A stretch of DNA of 64,000 bases, taken from contig CAWIKF010000001.1 in the NCBI GenBank assembly GCA_963836755.1, positions 320,001 through 384,000 on the forward strand. The letters run 5' to 3'. The notes beneath the pieces were generated by a model. The model was not told the DNA's origin and did not search any database. It saw nothing but the letters and a program-made list of their open reading frames with translations. Shown piece by piece: positions 52,108 through 62,025 of the stretch. The translations under genes and the position numbers were made by a program. The stretch is from an uncultured Verrucomicrobiae bacterium. Lineage in GTDB: Bacteria; Verrucomicrobiota; Verrucomicrobiia; Chthoniobacterales; Chthoniobacteraceae. Each line of letters begins with the position of its first letter. The stretch's first letter is position 1.

Positions 52108-52707
52108 ATGAGCGAAAAAAATCCGCGCGACGATGCGTCACCCGACGCGCAGGATGTCGCGTGGATGCACGCGATCGCGGAGGGCGACATGCGGGCGCTC
52201 GAGAGTTTGATCGAGACGCACCAGGCGCGTGTCATCGGCACCGTGGCGAAGATGCTCGGCGACCAGACTGATGCGGAGGACATCTCGCAGCAGGTTTTCA
52301 TCCGCGTCTGGAAATCCGCGCCGCGCTATCAGCCGACGGCAAAGTTCACCACGTGGTTGTTTAAAATAACGCGGAACCTTGTTTTCAATGAATTGCGCCG
52401 CCGCAAACGGCATCCTGCGACGGCGCTGGAGTCGGAGGAAATTGAGCATCATTTCCAGGCCACCGATTCCGGAGTGCTCGCGCCCGATGCCGGGATGCTC
52501 GATGCGGAGATGCAGGCGGCGGTGCAGACGGCGATCGACTCGCTGCCGGAAGCGCAGCGGCTCGCGGTCATTCTTCGCCGCTACGAGGACATGCCTTACG
52601 AGGAAATCGGCGAGGTGCTCGGGCTCACGGTGCCGGCCGTGAAAAGCGTTCTTTTTCGCGCGCGCGCGGATCTTCGCGAAAAGTTGAAGCGCTATCTCGA
52701 CGCCTAG
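52108..52707 (+). CDS. ECF RNA polymerase sigma factor
   Basis: ATG at 52108; DAEDI.QQVF, FTTWLF.I.RN, region 4 YEEIGEVLG....VKS.LFRAR. Confidence 0.92.
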   Translation: MSEKNPRDDASPDAQDVAWMHAIAEGDMRALESLIETHQARVIGTVAKMLGDQTDAEDISQQVFIRVWKSAPRYQPTAKFTTWLFKITRNLVFNELRRRKRHPATALESEEIEHHFQATDSGVLAPDAGMLDAEMQAAVQTAIDSLPEAQRLAVILRRYEDMPYEEIGEVLGLTVPAVKSVLFRARADLREKLKRYLDA

Positions 52708-53180
52708 CGGAACGCGTAAATCAGCGACCAGCGGCTCTTCGGCGGCGCGTTCTGCATGTCGGTGATCACATAATAAAAAGCGGTCCGGCGCGGAACAATG
52801 TGCGCGCCAGCGGCATGCGCCTTTCGCCAATATTCCGACTCCGCGATGTTGCCGTCGTCGTCATAAACGTGGACGGAGATGACGGTGTTCGTCGCCTCCG
52901 TCGAAGCGCAAAACCAATATTCGTTGCCCTTGAAAAGTTGGATCGTGATGACGTTCTGGGTCGTCGCGCCGAGCTCGCCGCTCCAATATTCTTCGCGGAT
53001 GGTGAAGCCTTGTTTTACAAACGGCTGAATGCCGTCCACGGCATACGAAAGCGTGCGATCCACTTTTTCCGACAGCGATCCGGGCTGATGCTTTTTGCGC
53101 TCCGCCAGCGAAGTGCGCGGAACGGCGGCCAGCGCGATCAAAAGGCAGAGCGCGGCAGCGGGGAGCGTCGGATTTCGCAT
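52704..53180 (-). CDS. Secreted hypothetical protein (beta-sandwich-like)
   Basis: ATG at 53180, signal peptide, beta-rich body (LFKGNEYWF, VHVYD). Confidence 0.6.
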   Translation of the reverse strand: MRNPTLPAAALCLLIALAAVPRTSLAERKKHQPGSLSEKVDRTLSYAVDGIQPFVKQGFTIREEYWSGELGATTQNVITIQLFKGNEYWFCASTEATNTVISVHVYDDDGNIAESEYWRKAHAAGAHIVPRRTAFYYVITDMQNAPPKSRWSLIYAFR

Positions 53181-53274
53181 GAGATTGTCGGAAAGGGTAA
53201 GCGAAGAGTGCGCGGCTGTCGAACATGCCGCGTTCCTCTCGACAAGCCGGCGGCGCTGTGAAAACTGCGTGCCG

Positions 53275-53898
53275 ATGAAAGAAGAAATGATCCTCGTGGT
53301 GCGGCGAGCGCTGCTCGAAAAGCTCGGCATTTTCCAAGGCCTGAACTTCGACGTGGAAAAATATCTGCCGTCGCTGCTCGCGCGCGAAAACAATTTCTTC
53401 ATGCCTCGGTCGCAGGCCGAGACCGACCAGAATTTTAAACAAATCATCCCGTATGTTTTGCTCGTGCACGCGGGCAAAGTTTTGCATTACGTCCGCGGAA
53501 AAAAAGCGGGCGAGCAGCGGCTTGCGGCGAAAGGTTCCATCGGAATTGGCGGCCACATGAATGATGCGGACGAGGGACTTTTCGCGCTCGACGAGGAGGC
53601 GTATCGCGCGGGCGTGCGGCGCGAGGTTTGCGAGGAATTAAATGTGCAGACCGATTTTCAAAACCGAATCGTCGCGCTTTTGAACGACGACTCGAACGAT
53701 GTCGGCAAAGTTCATCTCGGCGTGGTGCACATTTTTCTGCTCGAGACGGACGACGTGCAAAAGCGCGAGGCAATGATCACCAACCTCGCGTTTTTTTCGC
53801 CGGAAGAACTGCGGGCGCGGCGCGATTCGATGGAAACGTGGTCGCAGATTTGTGTCGATGCGCTCGACGAACTGCTCGCGAAGGCAGCGGCGAAATAA
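53275..53898 (+). CDS. Predicted NUDIX-family phosphoesterase
   Basis: ATG at 53275; KQIIPY, GE.RL....SIGIGGH.N, RE..EEL, VG.VHLG. Confidence 0.82.
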   Translation: MKEEMILVVRRALLEKLGIFQGLNFDVEKYLPSLLARENNFFMPRSQAETDQNFKQIIPYVLLVHAGKVLHYVRGKKAGEQRLAAKGSIGIGGHMNDADEGLFALDEEAYRAGVRREVCEELNVQTDFQNRIVALLNDDSNDVGKVHLGVVHIFLLETDDVQKREAMITNLAFFSPEELRARRDSMETWSQICVDALDELLAKAAAK

Positions 53899-53940
53899 AA
53901 GCGCGCGCCGACCTTGAATGGGCCGACGCGCGCGTTGGGA

Positions 53941-54396
53941 TTATTTCGAGTAGCTGGCTTTGTCGTCGGCTTCGAGCCAGTCAAACAAAGTCGTTTTCGC
54001 GGGGTCGAGCCCGAGCGGATTGCATTGCTCGGCAAACCAATCGCGCTTCTCCGGATCGTCGTAAGGCCGTGCGGCTTCCACACTGTCGCTCCACTGCTCG
54101 ACCTCCTCGGGCGTCTTCGGCACGCCATGCGTGTCGAGCCAATACGCCAGCGCCGACTCGTCCGCGCCCGCCTCGACCTGCTCCTTGAAGTCGTCGCCGT
54201 TGACGGCTTTGAAACCGAAAAGAAAATTGTCGAGCGGGCAATCGAAATGATAGTCGCCGATTTTTCCGGCGAGGAATGCGCGGCACTTGTCGGTGGTTCG
54301 GGCGAGAATGGCGTAGCCGCCGATGCGGGTGCGCGGGCTGCGCGGGGCTTCTTTCGTGAGATCCTTTGCGGAAATGGAATTCGCGGATGTATTCAT
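53941..54396 (-). CDS. DUF5069-like protein
   Basis: DLT.E.PRSPR..IGGY..L.R..DK.RA...G.IG.Y.F.CPLD, C-terminal FD.LE.DD. Confidence 0.8.
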   Translation of the reverse strand: MNTSANSISAKDLTKEAPRSPRTRIGGYAILARTTDKCRAFLAGKIGDYHFDCPLDNFLFGFKAVNGDDFKEQVEAGADESALAYWLDTHGVPKTPEEVEQWSDSVEAARPYDDPEKRDWFAEQCNPLGLDPAKTTLFDWLEADDKASYSK

Positions 54397-54445
54397 GGTA
54401 AACTCCAATCGGTCTTGCCGCCTCCGCTGCGCGTGGCGTCAAAGT

Positions 54446-54910
54446 TTACCAGGTCAGCTGCTCCGGGCTCACCTCGACCTCGATGCCGCGAAAGCGCAGA
54501 CCTGCGAGGCAAATCGCCACCGGAGCGCTGCGGGCGGTGATCGGGATCGCGCCGCCGAAGCTCGCTCGCCAGCCGCCTTTGACACTGCACAATTCCAGCG
54601 CGATCCGCGGGTCGCTGAGGCGCTCGACCACGAGCCACGCAGCTTTCAAATCTGTCGAGTAAGGACGATAGGTGCGGACTTTTACCACGTCGGCATTCTT
54701 CCAATCCACATGCGGAAAAAAGCGCTGGTAATACGGATCATGCAGCGCGGCTGTTGCTTCGCGGCGCGTTTCAAAACGGAACAGCGCGTGCGAATCCATC
54801 CATTGCACAGCGGGCTTTTCGCCAGTGATGTAATCGCCGACGAGCGCGTCCAAATCCGAAAGTGAAGCGGGGCGCAAGTGCGTGCGCCTTTCCAGCGCGG
54901 AAATCTCCAT
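54446..54910 (-). CDS. Hypothetical protein with phage ABA-sandwich/BC1872-like motif
   Basis: PYSTDLKAAWLVVERL, W.ASF, SAPVAICLAGL. Confidence 0.6.
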   Translation of the reverse strand: MEISALERRTHLRPASLSDLDALVGDYITGEKPAVQWMDSHALFRFETRREATAALHDPYYQRFFPHVDWKNADVVKVRTYRPYSTDLKAAWLVVERLSDPRIALELCSVKGGWRASFGGAIPITARSAPVAICLAGLRFRGIEVEVSPEQLTW

Positions 54911-54980
54911 CCGCTCCAAATTTTTTACAGAAATCGTAGAAAAACAAGCCGTAAATTTGACCGGTCGTTCTTCGCTATCT

Positions 54981-55844
54981 TTACTTCACAAATTCGAGCT
55001 CGACCGGCGCCGGAATCATGCCCGCGTCGTGTGCTTCTTTCAAAAATTCATGGATCGAGCGGCGCCCGATCTCGCCGTAATCGAGCGTCATTTCATTCAC
55101 ATACATTCCGATGAATTTGTCCGCGAGCGCCGTGTCCATTCCGCGCGCAAGCGGCATGGAATGGACCACCGCGGGCGCGCGATGCTCCAGGCCGTAGCGA
55201 ATGCTCCCGTGCAAAATCTCGGAAATTTCTCGCCGGGCTTCGGGCGCGATGTCCTTGCGAATCACGTTGCCGCCAAGCGGCAGCGGCATGCCGGTTTTGA
55301 TTTTCCACCAGACACCGAGGTCGAGAATGTTCACGAAATTTTCCTGCTCATAAGTCAGTTGGCCCTCGTGAATGATCAATCCCACATCGGCGCGGTCATC
55401 GCGGACGGCGTCAAAAATTTCGTCGAACGGAACGACCATCGTGTCGCATTCGCCAATCGCGAGCCGCAGCGCGAGATACGCGCTCGTCATCAGGCCGGGC
55501 ACGGCGATGCGCCGCGCGCGCAGCCAATCGCGCACCTCGCCCATACGCGGATTTTCACTGAGCCCGTCGCGATTTTTCGCGATCAGCAACGGCCCGTAGC
55601 CATCGCCCATGCTCGCGCCGCACGGGAGCAGCGCGTATTTTTCCAGCACGTAAGCGTAGGCGTGGATCGAGATCGCCGTGATGTCTAGTTCGCCACGTGT
55701 CGCACGTTCGTTTAACGTCTGAATGTCCTGCAGGATGTGCTCAAAGCGGTAGCCGCGCGTGTCGATTTTGTGCTCCGCCAGCGCGTAAAACATAAAGGCG
55801 TCGTCGGGGTCGGGCGAATGCCCGAGCGTGTAAATTTTTGACAT
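54981..55844 (-). CDS. mqnD: 1,4-dihydroxy-6-naphthoate synthase-like protein (MqnA/MqnD family, futalosine pathway)
   Basis: LGHSPDPDDAFMFYAL, DIQTLN, G.GYGP, IIHEGQLTY, PLPLG, MYVN. Confidence 0.88.
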   Translation of the reverse strand: MSKIYTLGHSPDPDDAFMFYALAEHKIDTRGYRFEHILQDIQTLNERATRGELDITAISIHAYAYVLEKYALLPCGASMGDGYGPLLIAKNRDGLSENPRMGEVRDWLRARRIAVPGLMTSAYLALRLAIGECDTMVVPFDEIFDAVRDDRADVGLIIHEGQLTYEQENFVNILDLGVWWKIKTGMPLPLGGNVIRKDIAPEARREISEILHGSIRYGLEHRAPAVVHSMPLARGMDTALADKFIGMYVNEMTLDYGEIGRRSIHEFLKEAHDAGMIPAPVELEFVK

Positions 55845-55933
55845 CGATTTCACAGCTACGGCGCGCTGCGCGGCAGCGCCAGAAAAAACTCCGCAGCTTG
55901 TCAGCGCACGCGGCCGCGGCTTAGCTTCGCCGC

Positions 55934-56761
55934 GTGCTTTTTCACGCGCCGGCCAAGGTCAATCTCTCGCTCGAGATCCGCGGGAAACGCACCGACGGCT
56001 TTCACGAAATCGAAAGCCTCTTTGTCCCGATCACGCTCGCCGATGCGCTGACGATCGCGCCGGCCGACGATTTTTCCTTCACGTGCGATCGGCCGGACGT
56101 TCCATCCGACGACACCAATCTCGTCGTCCGCGCCGCGCGCCTTTTTTTTGCAGAAGTAAAAATGGAGCCGCGCATTCGTATTGCCCTCGTCAAAAAAATC
56201 CCACACGGCGCCGGGCTCGGCGGCGGCAGCAGCGATGCGGCGAGCACATTGCTCGCGCTCGACAAAATGTTCGGCACGAAACTGGGGAAATCCGCTCTTG
56301 GCGAAATGGCGGCAAAGTTGGGCTCTGACGTCCCGTTTTTCATCCACCGCAGCGCGGCGGTCTGTCGCGGGCGCGGTGAGATCGTCACGCCGAGCGATTT
56401 CGCGGAAAAACTTCCGCTGCTATTAATAAAGCCGCCGTTTCCCGTGCCGACGCCGTGGGCTTACCAGCATTGGGCCGGCGCGCGCCAGCTGCCGAGCGTC
56501 ACGTATGCGTCGCAGGAATTTCCGTGGGGCCGCCTCGTCAACGATCTCGAGCGTCCGGTTTTCGAGAAATACATCATGCTCGCCGCGCTCAAGCAATGGC
56601 TCCTCGCGCAGCCCGAAACCGCCGGTGCGCTGCTCTCCGGCTCCGGTTCGACGGTGTTCGCTGTGCTGCGCGACGCAGCCGACGCCGTCGTGCTCAGTGA
56701 GAAAGCGCGTGCGGAATTTGGCGAAACTCTTTGGACCTGCGCGGTTGAAACTGCATCGTAA
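55934..56761 (+). CDS. ispE: 4-diphosphocytidyl-2-C-methyl-D-erythritol kinase
   Basis: PAKVNL, DGFHEI, IP.GAGLGGGSSDAA, GSDVPFF, NDLE, SGSGST. Confidence 0.95.
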   Translation: MLFHAPAKVNLSLEIRGKRTDGFHEIESLFVPITLADALTIAPADDFSFTCDRPDVPSDDTNLVVRAARLFFAEVKMEPRIRIALVKKIPHGAGLGGGSSDAASTLLALDKMFGTKLGKSALGEMAAKLGSDVPFFIHRSAAVCRGRGEIVTPSDFAEKLPLLLIKPPFPVPTPWAYQHWAGARQLPSVTYASQEFPWGRLVNDLERPVFEKYIMLAALKQWLLAQPETAGALLSGSGSTVFAVLRDAADAVVLSEKARAEFGETLWTCAVETAS

Positions 56762-56773
56762 ACTACGCCGGCC

Positions 56774-57946
56774 TCAAATCACTTCCCCGGTGGCGTGACC
56801 CGACGCCCAAGCCCATTGGAAATTGTAGCCGCCCAGCCAGCCAGTCACGTCCACGACTTCGCCGATGAAAAAAAGTCCGCGCACGTCGCGCGCCTCCATC
56901 GTCTTTGACGACAGCCCGCGCGTCTCCACGCCGCCGAGCGTCACCTCCGCTTTCGCGTAACCTTCACTCGCAGGAAAATTGACGCGCCACCGGTTCAGCG
57001 CCGCGCCGATCTCGCGCAGCTGCTGCATTTTGAAATGCGAAAGCGTCCGCGCGCCAGCCCACCGCGCGGCCCACGCGTCGGCGAAACGGCGCGGCCAATG
57101 TCGGCTCAGAAGTGCGGCGAGCGTAATTGATTCGCGCTGGTGCTCGAGCAGCCAATCGGTGCCGTCAAGGTTCGGTAAAAGATCGATCTCGAGCGCATCG
57201 CCATCGCGCCAAAAGGAGGATATTTGCAGGATCGCCGGGCCGCTGAGCCCGCGATGAGTGACGAGAATATTTTCGCGAAAACTTTGGCTGCCGTGGCGCG
57301 CGACAGCGTCGAGCGAGACGCCGCTGAGCGGGCCGAACGTGGCAAGATCGCTGTTGTGAAATTTCAGCGGAACGAGCGCCGGGCGCAGCTCGGTGACGCC
57401 GAGCCCGAACTGCCGCGCGAGCCGATGGCCGAAATCGGTCGCGCCGGTTTTCGCGAAGGAAAGTCCGCCCGTGGCGACGACGAGCGATGCGGCGTCAAAG
57501 TTGCCGGCAGTCGTCTCGACGGTGAATCGCGCCGCGTGCCGCACATCGCGAACCTGACAGCCGTGGCGGATTTCGACGCCGGCCGCGGCGCATTCGGCTA
57601 GGAGCATGTCGATGATCTGCCGCGCGCTGCCGTCGCAAAAAAGTTGCCCGAGTTTTTTCTCGTGCCACGCGATTCCGTGCCGCTCGACGAGCGCGAGAAA
57701 ATCGGCCGGCGTGTAGCGGGCGAGCGCGGATTTGCAGAAATCGGGATTCGCAGAGAGATAATTTTCTGGCGAGGTGTGCGCGTTTGTAAAGTTGCAGCGC
57801 CCGCCGCCGGAGATCGCGATCTTGCGCCCGATTTGCGCCGCGTGCTCGATCACCAGCACGCGCCGGCCGCGCTGCCCGGCCGTGAGCGCGCACATCAGCC
57901 CCGCCGCGCCCGCGCCAAGAATGATGGCGTCAAAGTTCGTGCTCAC
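56774..57946 (-). CDS. HI0933/BaiN family NAD(P)/FAD-dependent oxidoreductase
   Basis: GAGAAG, KI.ISGGGRCNFTN, ATGG.S, TH.GLSGP, GGYNFQWA. Confidence 0.93.
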   Translation of the reverse strand: MSTNFDAIILGAGAAGLMCALTAGQRGRRVLVIEHAAQIGRKIAISGGGRCNFTNAHTSPENYLSANPDFCKSALARYTPADFLALVERHGIAWHEKKLGQLFCDGSARQIIDMLLAECAAAGVEIRHGCQVRDVRHAARFTVETTAGNFDAASLVVATGGLSFAKTGATDFGHRLARQFGLGVTELRPALVPLKFHNSDLATFGPLSGVSLDAVARHGSQSFRENILVTHRGLSGPAILQISSFWRDGDALEIDLLPNLDGTDWLLEHQRESITLAALLSRHWPRRFADAWAARWAGARTLSHFKMQQLREIGAALNRWRVNFPASEGYAKAEVTLGGVETRGLSSKTMEARDVRGLFFIGEVVDVTGWLGGYNFQWAWASGHATGEVI

Positions 57947-58488
57947 GCTCGCGGATTCCCCAGCTGCCGCAACAGCGCGGTGCGAGCGGATGGCAGCCGA
58001 CCGAATGCGCGCCCGATCGCGACGGCGGGAGTGATGCCGGCCTGGCCGTGAATGCCGATGAGCCGCACGAGTTCGCTTTCAAAGTGCAGCAGCGCGCGCG
58101 GCGTCGGTTCGCCGTTGTTTAAATAAACGAAAGCGCGTCGCAGCAGGTCGTAAAGCTCCGGCGCAGCGTGCTCCGGCTCGGTCACGAGCTCGATCAGCTC
58201 CACGAAATACGCCGCGAGCTGCGTCCGCGCGTATCGCTCGCGGAGCCCGGCGAACGGCTCGCGGAGCACCGCCTCTTTCAAAATGTGCAGGTCGCTTTTT
58301 CGACTCCGCACCCACTGGATTTCCACGTCGAAAAACAGGTCGAGCTTTCCAGTGAAAACGCTCTTCGGACGGCGCGCGCCTTTCGCGACCGTCTTGATTT
58401 TTCCATGGCGCTCGCTGAGCCAGGTCACGATGAGGCTCGTCTCCGAGAGCAAAGTTTTGCGCAGCAAAATGGCGGCAGTCGTTTCCAA
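57943..58488 (-). CDS. recO: DNA repair protein RecO (short form without Zn finger)
   Basis: E.S.IV..LS..HGKI..VAKGARRPKS N-terminal OB fold, AYFVEL helix. Confidence 0.85.
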   Translation of the reverse strand: METTAAILLRKTLLSETSLIVTWLSERHGKIKTVAKGARRPKSVFTGKLDLFFDVEIQWVRSRKSDLHILKEAVLREPFAGLRERYARTQLAAYFVELIELVTEPEHAAPELYDLLRRAFVYLNNGEPTPRALLHFESELVRLIGIHGQAGITPAVAIGRAFGRLPSARTALLRQLGNPRA

Positions 58489-58571
58489 GGCGTTAACGTT
58501 TTGCGCAGGCGCGGAAGATTTTTGCGAAAGGGCTTCGCCTCCAGCGCCGCATTACTGCCATACTCGTTTCC

Positions 58572-58892
58572 ATGAGCGAGGAAAACAAAACAGCAGGCGC
58601 GGAAAATCCACCGCAGATCGACCAGACGAATTTGAAGAGCACCTACGCGAATGTGTGCCGCATCGCGCAGACGCCGAACGAAGTCATCATCGACTTCGGC
58701 ATGAATCCAAACTTTTTTGGCACCGTGCTCGACGAGCCGCTGCGGCTCGAGCAGCGCATCATCATGTCGCACGACGCGGCGAAGCGGCTCAGCCTGCACC
58801 TGCTCGGCACGATCCAAAGCTACGAGGCAAAATACGGCGTTATTGAGCTTGATGTCGCAAAACGGCTGCGCGAACATCCGCCCGCGAAATAA
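58572..58892 (+). CDS. DUF3467-like protein
   Basis: YAN...I..T..E.IIDFG, RIIMS...AKRL...L......YE..YG. Confidence 0.8.
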   Translation: MSEENKTAGAENPPQIDQTNLKSTYANVCRIAQTPNEVIIDFGMNPNFFGTVLDEPLRLEQRIIMSHDAAKRLSLHLLGTIQSYEAKYGVIELDVAKRLREHPPAK

Positions 58893-58911
58893 CAGCGGAG
58901 ATTTAAAATTC

Positions 58912-59700
58912 ATGTTGCCACTGGGTGGGGAGGTTTTTCCAAAGGCGGGAGCGGAACTCGAGGACGCGCTGCGCGCAGGACTCGCGATTTTTCGCGCACC
59001 GGAGTTGCGCGTGAAAGTGCGCGGCGAATGGCCCGCGCTCGATGAAATTGCGCTTGATCTCTCCGGCGGCCATGCGCCGGGAAAGCCGATGGCATCAGGC
59101 GTCGCAGGCGATGGAGTAAAAATCTCTGCGCGCGAGCTTTCGCTTTTGGCGAAGCCGTTGCACTATGAAAACGCAGCGGTAGAAATCGAGATTCGCGTGC
59201 GTGACGCGCAGTTGGAATTTCAAGGCGGCGCGCAAAACTCGCTCGCCATCACCGCCGCGGAATCGGGCGAAGTGAGGGTGAAGATGGCGCGCGCGGAGCT
59301 GGAGAGATTGATTCAAACGCTCGCCGGCCGCGCGGCCGCGGAACATGGCGTCACGATCGAGCGGACGAACCTGCGCGTGAATTCCGCCGGGCCGCGCGCG
59401 GCCGATTTCATGGGCGAAGTGATCGCGCAAAAGTTGTTTATGAAAACCGTGGTGCGTGTGCTTGGCCGCTTGGAAATCGACGAGCGGCTCAATGCGCGTT
59501 TGTCGAATTTGAGATGCGAAGGGAGCGGAATGATTGGCGGGCTCGCGTGCGGTTTTTTAAAACCGCACATCGCGCGTTTTGAAAATCGAACGATGGCGCT
59601 CGCAGAGTTCGCGCTGGGCGATCTGCGCGTGCTCGATGTGGCGCTGAGCGCAGACGAGCCGCTCTGCGTGCACGCGAAGATCGGCGCCGCTACTTCGTAG
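58912..59700 (+). CDS. Hypothetical protein
   Basis: ATG at 58912 just after the DUF3467 gene; open frame fills the gap up to the convergent protease. Confidence 0.6.
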   Translation: MLPLGGEVFPKAGAELEDALRAGLAIFRAPELRVKVRGEWPALDEIALDLSGGHAPGKPMASGVAGDGVKISARELSLLAKPLHYENAAVEIEIRVRDAQLEFQGGAQNSLAITAAESGEVRVKMARAELERLIQTLAGRAAAEHGVTIERTNLRVNSAGPRAADFMGEVIAQKLFMKTVVRVLGRLEIDERLNARLSNLRCEGSGMIGGLACGFLKPHIARFENRTMALAEFALGDLRVLDVALSADEPLCVHAKIGAATS

Positions 59701-61855
59701 TGCTCGCGGTTTTCGGCGCGCGCGAAAGTTCGATGAGGTCGCCGAGAATGTTCAGCGATTCATTGCGCACTGGATCGACTTCCGGCTTTTTCGGGCCGAG
59801 CGCCTCTTCGTCATCATTGCCGTCGTCCGCCGCGGCGCCCTCGTCGACGGATGCGGGCTTGTCGTTTTTGACGAGCTGCAATTGCGGCTGCGAAAGATTT
59901 TCGAGCGTGACGTCGTAAACTTTTTGATCCGGCTGCGGATGCTTCGCGCGCTCGGCGATGCGCTTGTCGTGTTTTGCTTTTTCGGACGCGAGTTCCGCGC
60001 GCCGCGTCTTTTCGTTGAGCGAGATTTGATTCGATGCGAGGCGTTCTTTGATCACGTTCAAATCGGCCGAGATCCAGCGGAATTCCTCATCCGCGCCGAC
60101 GCGCGCCGTGCTGCGCATTTTCAACTCACGCAGGAAAAGCGGATGGTCGGTGACTTTGTCGAACTGCGCGGCCGGGACTTCGTCGTAAGGCATCGGGCCC
60201 TTGAGCGAAACTTCGCCAATCTCCGGATGATCGTAAGGCGAGGGGAGCCGGACGTCGGAGATGACGCCGCGCAATTGCGTGCTGCCGCCAGCGACGCGGT
60301 AGAATTTTTGAATCGTCAATTTCAGCGCGCCGGCATCGTTTGAATCGCTGCCGAGGAATGGAATGAAACGGCCAATCTCAAGCATCGTCTGGACGGTGCC
60401 TTTGCCGAAAGTGCTTTGGTCGCCGACGATGACCGCGCGGCCATAATCCTGCAGCGCCGCGGCGAAAATTTCGCTCGCCGATGCGCTGAGCCGGTTGCAG
60501 AGCACGATCATCGGGCCGTCGTAAGCGATGGACGGATCGCGATCGCGCGAGATGTGGATGTTGCCGTTGGCGTCCTTCGCCTGCACGACCGGGCCTTTTT
60601 TAATGAAGAGGCCGGTGAGGTTCACCGCTTCCTCGAGCGAGCCGCCGCCGTTGCGCCGGAGGTCCATCACGAGGCCGCTGATATTCTCTTGCTTCAGTTT
60701 GTTGATCAAAGCGAGCACGTCCTTCGTGGTGCTTTTCGCACCTTTCGCGCCGCTGTGTTCCATGTCGGCATAAAACGACGGGAGCGTGATCCAGCCGAGC
60801 CGCTGCGGCGCGCCGCCGTTCGGGTTTTCGCGCTCGATGATTTCCGCTTTCGCTTCCTGGTCCTTTAATTTGATCTCATCGCGCACGATCTCGATGATCT
60901 TGCGAGCGGATGGATCGGTGGAGCGAGCGGGGACGACTTGCAGCCGCACCGTCGTCCCTTTTTTGCCGCGAATCATTTCCACGACTTTGTCGAGTTTCAT
61001 CCCGACGCAATCGACAAATTCGGCATTGCCCTGCGCGACGGCGCTGACGCGGTCGCCGACTTTTAAGTGCCCCTCGGATTGCGCGGGACCGCCGGGGACG
61101 AGCTCCATGATTTTCGCGTAACCTTCCTCGCTGTGGAGCACGGCGCCGATGCCGACGAGCGAGAGGCGCATGTTGATGCTGAAATTTTCGAGCTCGGATT
61201 TGCTCATGTATTCCGAGTGCGGGTCGTAGGTCTGCGCGAGCGTGGTGAGGAAAGTTTTGACGACATCCTCGTGCGTCTGCTCGTGGAGATTGCGCAGGAG
61301 CTGGTCGTAACGGCGCGTGAGCACTTTCACGGGCGGATCGATCGGATGCTCGCTCAATTTTTCCTGCAAAAATTCGCCTTTCACGCGCTCATACCAGAGC
61401 TTGTCGGCATCGGCGTCATCCTTCGGCCACGGCGCTTTCTGGCGGTTGATCTCGATCGATTCGTTCGTTGTGAAATCAAAGTTTTGCTTGAGCAATTCCT
61501 TCACTTTCGCGACGCGCTCCTCGACGCGCTTCGCATACAAGTTGTAGATGTCGAACGCCGGTGCCGGGTTGCCGAGCAGGATGTCGTCATCGAGCACGGT
61601 CGCGTATTTCGCGGTGAAGGCATCGACATCCTTCTGCGTGAAAAAGAGATGATTGTAGTCGAGCATCTCGAGGTAGTTTTTTAGAAGCTGCCGCGAAAGG
61701 TCGTCGTCGAGTTTGCGCTTCGAATAATGCCCCTGCTCGAGGAGGCGGCCGACTGAGATGCAAATCTGGCCGGGATCGGGTTGGTCATCGGCGCGGACGG
61801 TGAAAATGGCGCAGCTCAGAACCAGCGCGAGTGACAACAGTTTGATCGGCTTCAT
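59690..61855 (-). CDS. prc: Carboxy-terminal processing protease (S41, Prc/Tsp-like)
   Basis: Signal peptide; DPHS.Y, PDZ domain (GIGA), DLR.NGGG.L, SASASEI, TFGKGTVQ. Confidence 0.92.
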   Translation of the reverse strand: MKPIKLLSLALVLSCAIFTVRADDQPDPGQICISVGRLLEQGHYSKRKLDDDLSRQLLKNYLEMLDYNHLFFTQKDVDAFTAKYATVLDDDILLGNPAPAFDIYNLYAKRVEERVAKVKELLKQNFDFTTNESIEINRQKAPWPKDDADADKLWYERVKGEFLQEKLSEHPIDPPVKVLTRRYDQLLRNLHEQTHEDVVKTFLTTLAQTYDPHSEYMSKSELENFSINMRLSLVGIGAVLHSEEGYAKIMELVPGGPAQSEGHLKVGDRVSAVAQGNAEFVDCVGMKLDKVVEMIRGKKGTTVRLQVVPARSTDPSARKIIEIVRDEIKLKDQEAKAEIIERENPNGGAPQRLGWITLPSFYADMEHSGAKGAKSTTKDVLALINKLKQENISGLVMDLRRNGGGSLEEAVNLTGLFIKKGPVVQAKDANGNIHISRDRDPSIAYDGPMIVLCNRLSASASEIFAAALQDYGRAVIVGDQSTFGKGTVQTMLEIGRFIPFLGSDSNDAGALKLTIQKFYRVAGGSTQLRGVISDVRLPSPYDHPEIGEVSLKGPMPYDEVPAAQFDKVTDHPLFLRELKMRSTARVGADEEFRWISADLNVIKERLASNQISLNEKTRRAELASEKAKHDKRIAERAKHPQPDQKVYDVTLENLSQPQLQLVKNDKPASVDEGAAADDGNDDEEALGPKKPEVDPVRNESLNILGDLIELSRAPKTASTTK

Positions 61856-62025
61856 TGATTGAAAAAGGCTTTGCAAAGTGACAGATGCGTCGCGAAAAGC
61901 AAATGCGGCCTGCGCTGCATGCGCGCCTTTAATCGGCGAGGCTTAGTGGCGGAAAGAATCTGGCAGCACGTTCGACCGCGCACCTGCTTTCCCCGTTCAA
62001 ACGTTCGCGAAAGCAGCGGAAAAAA

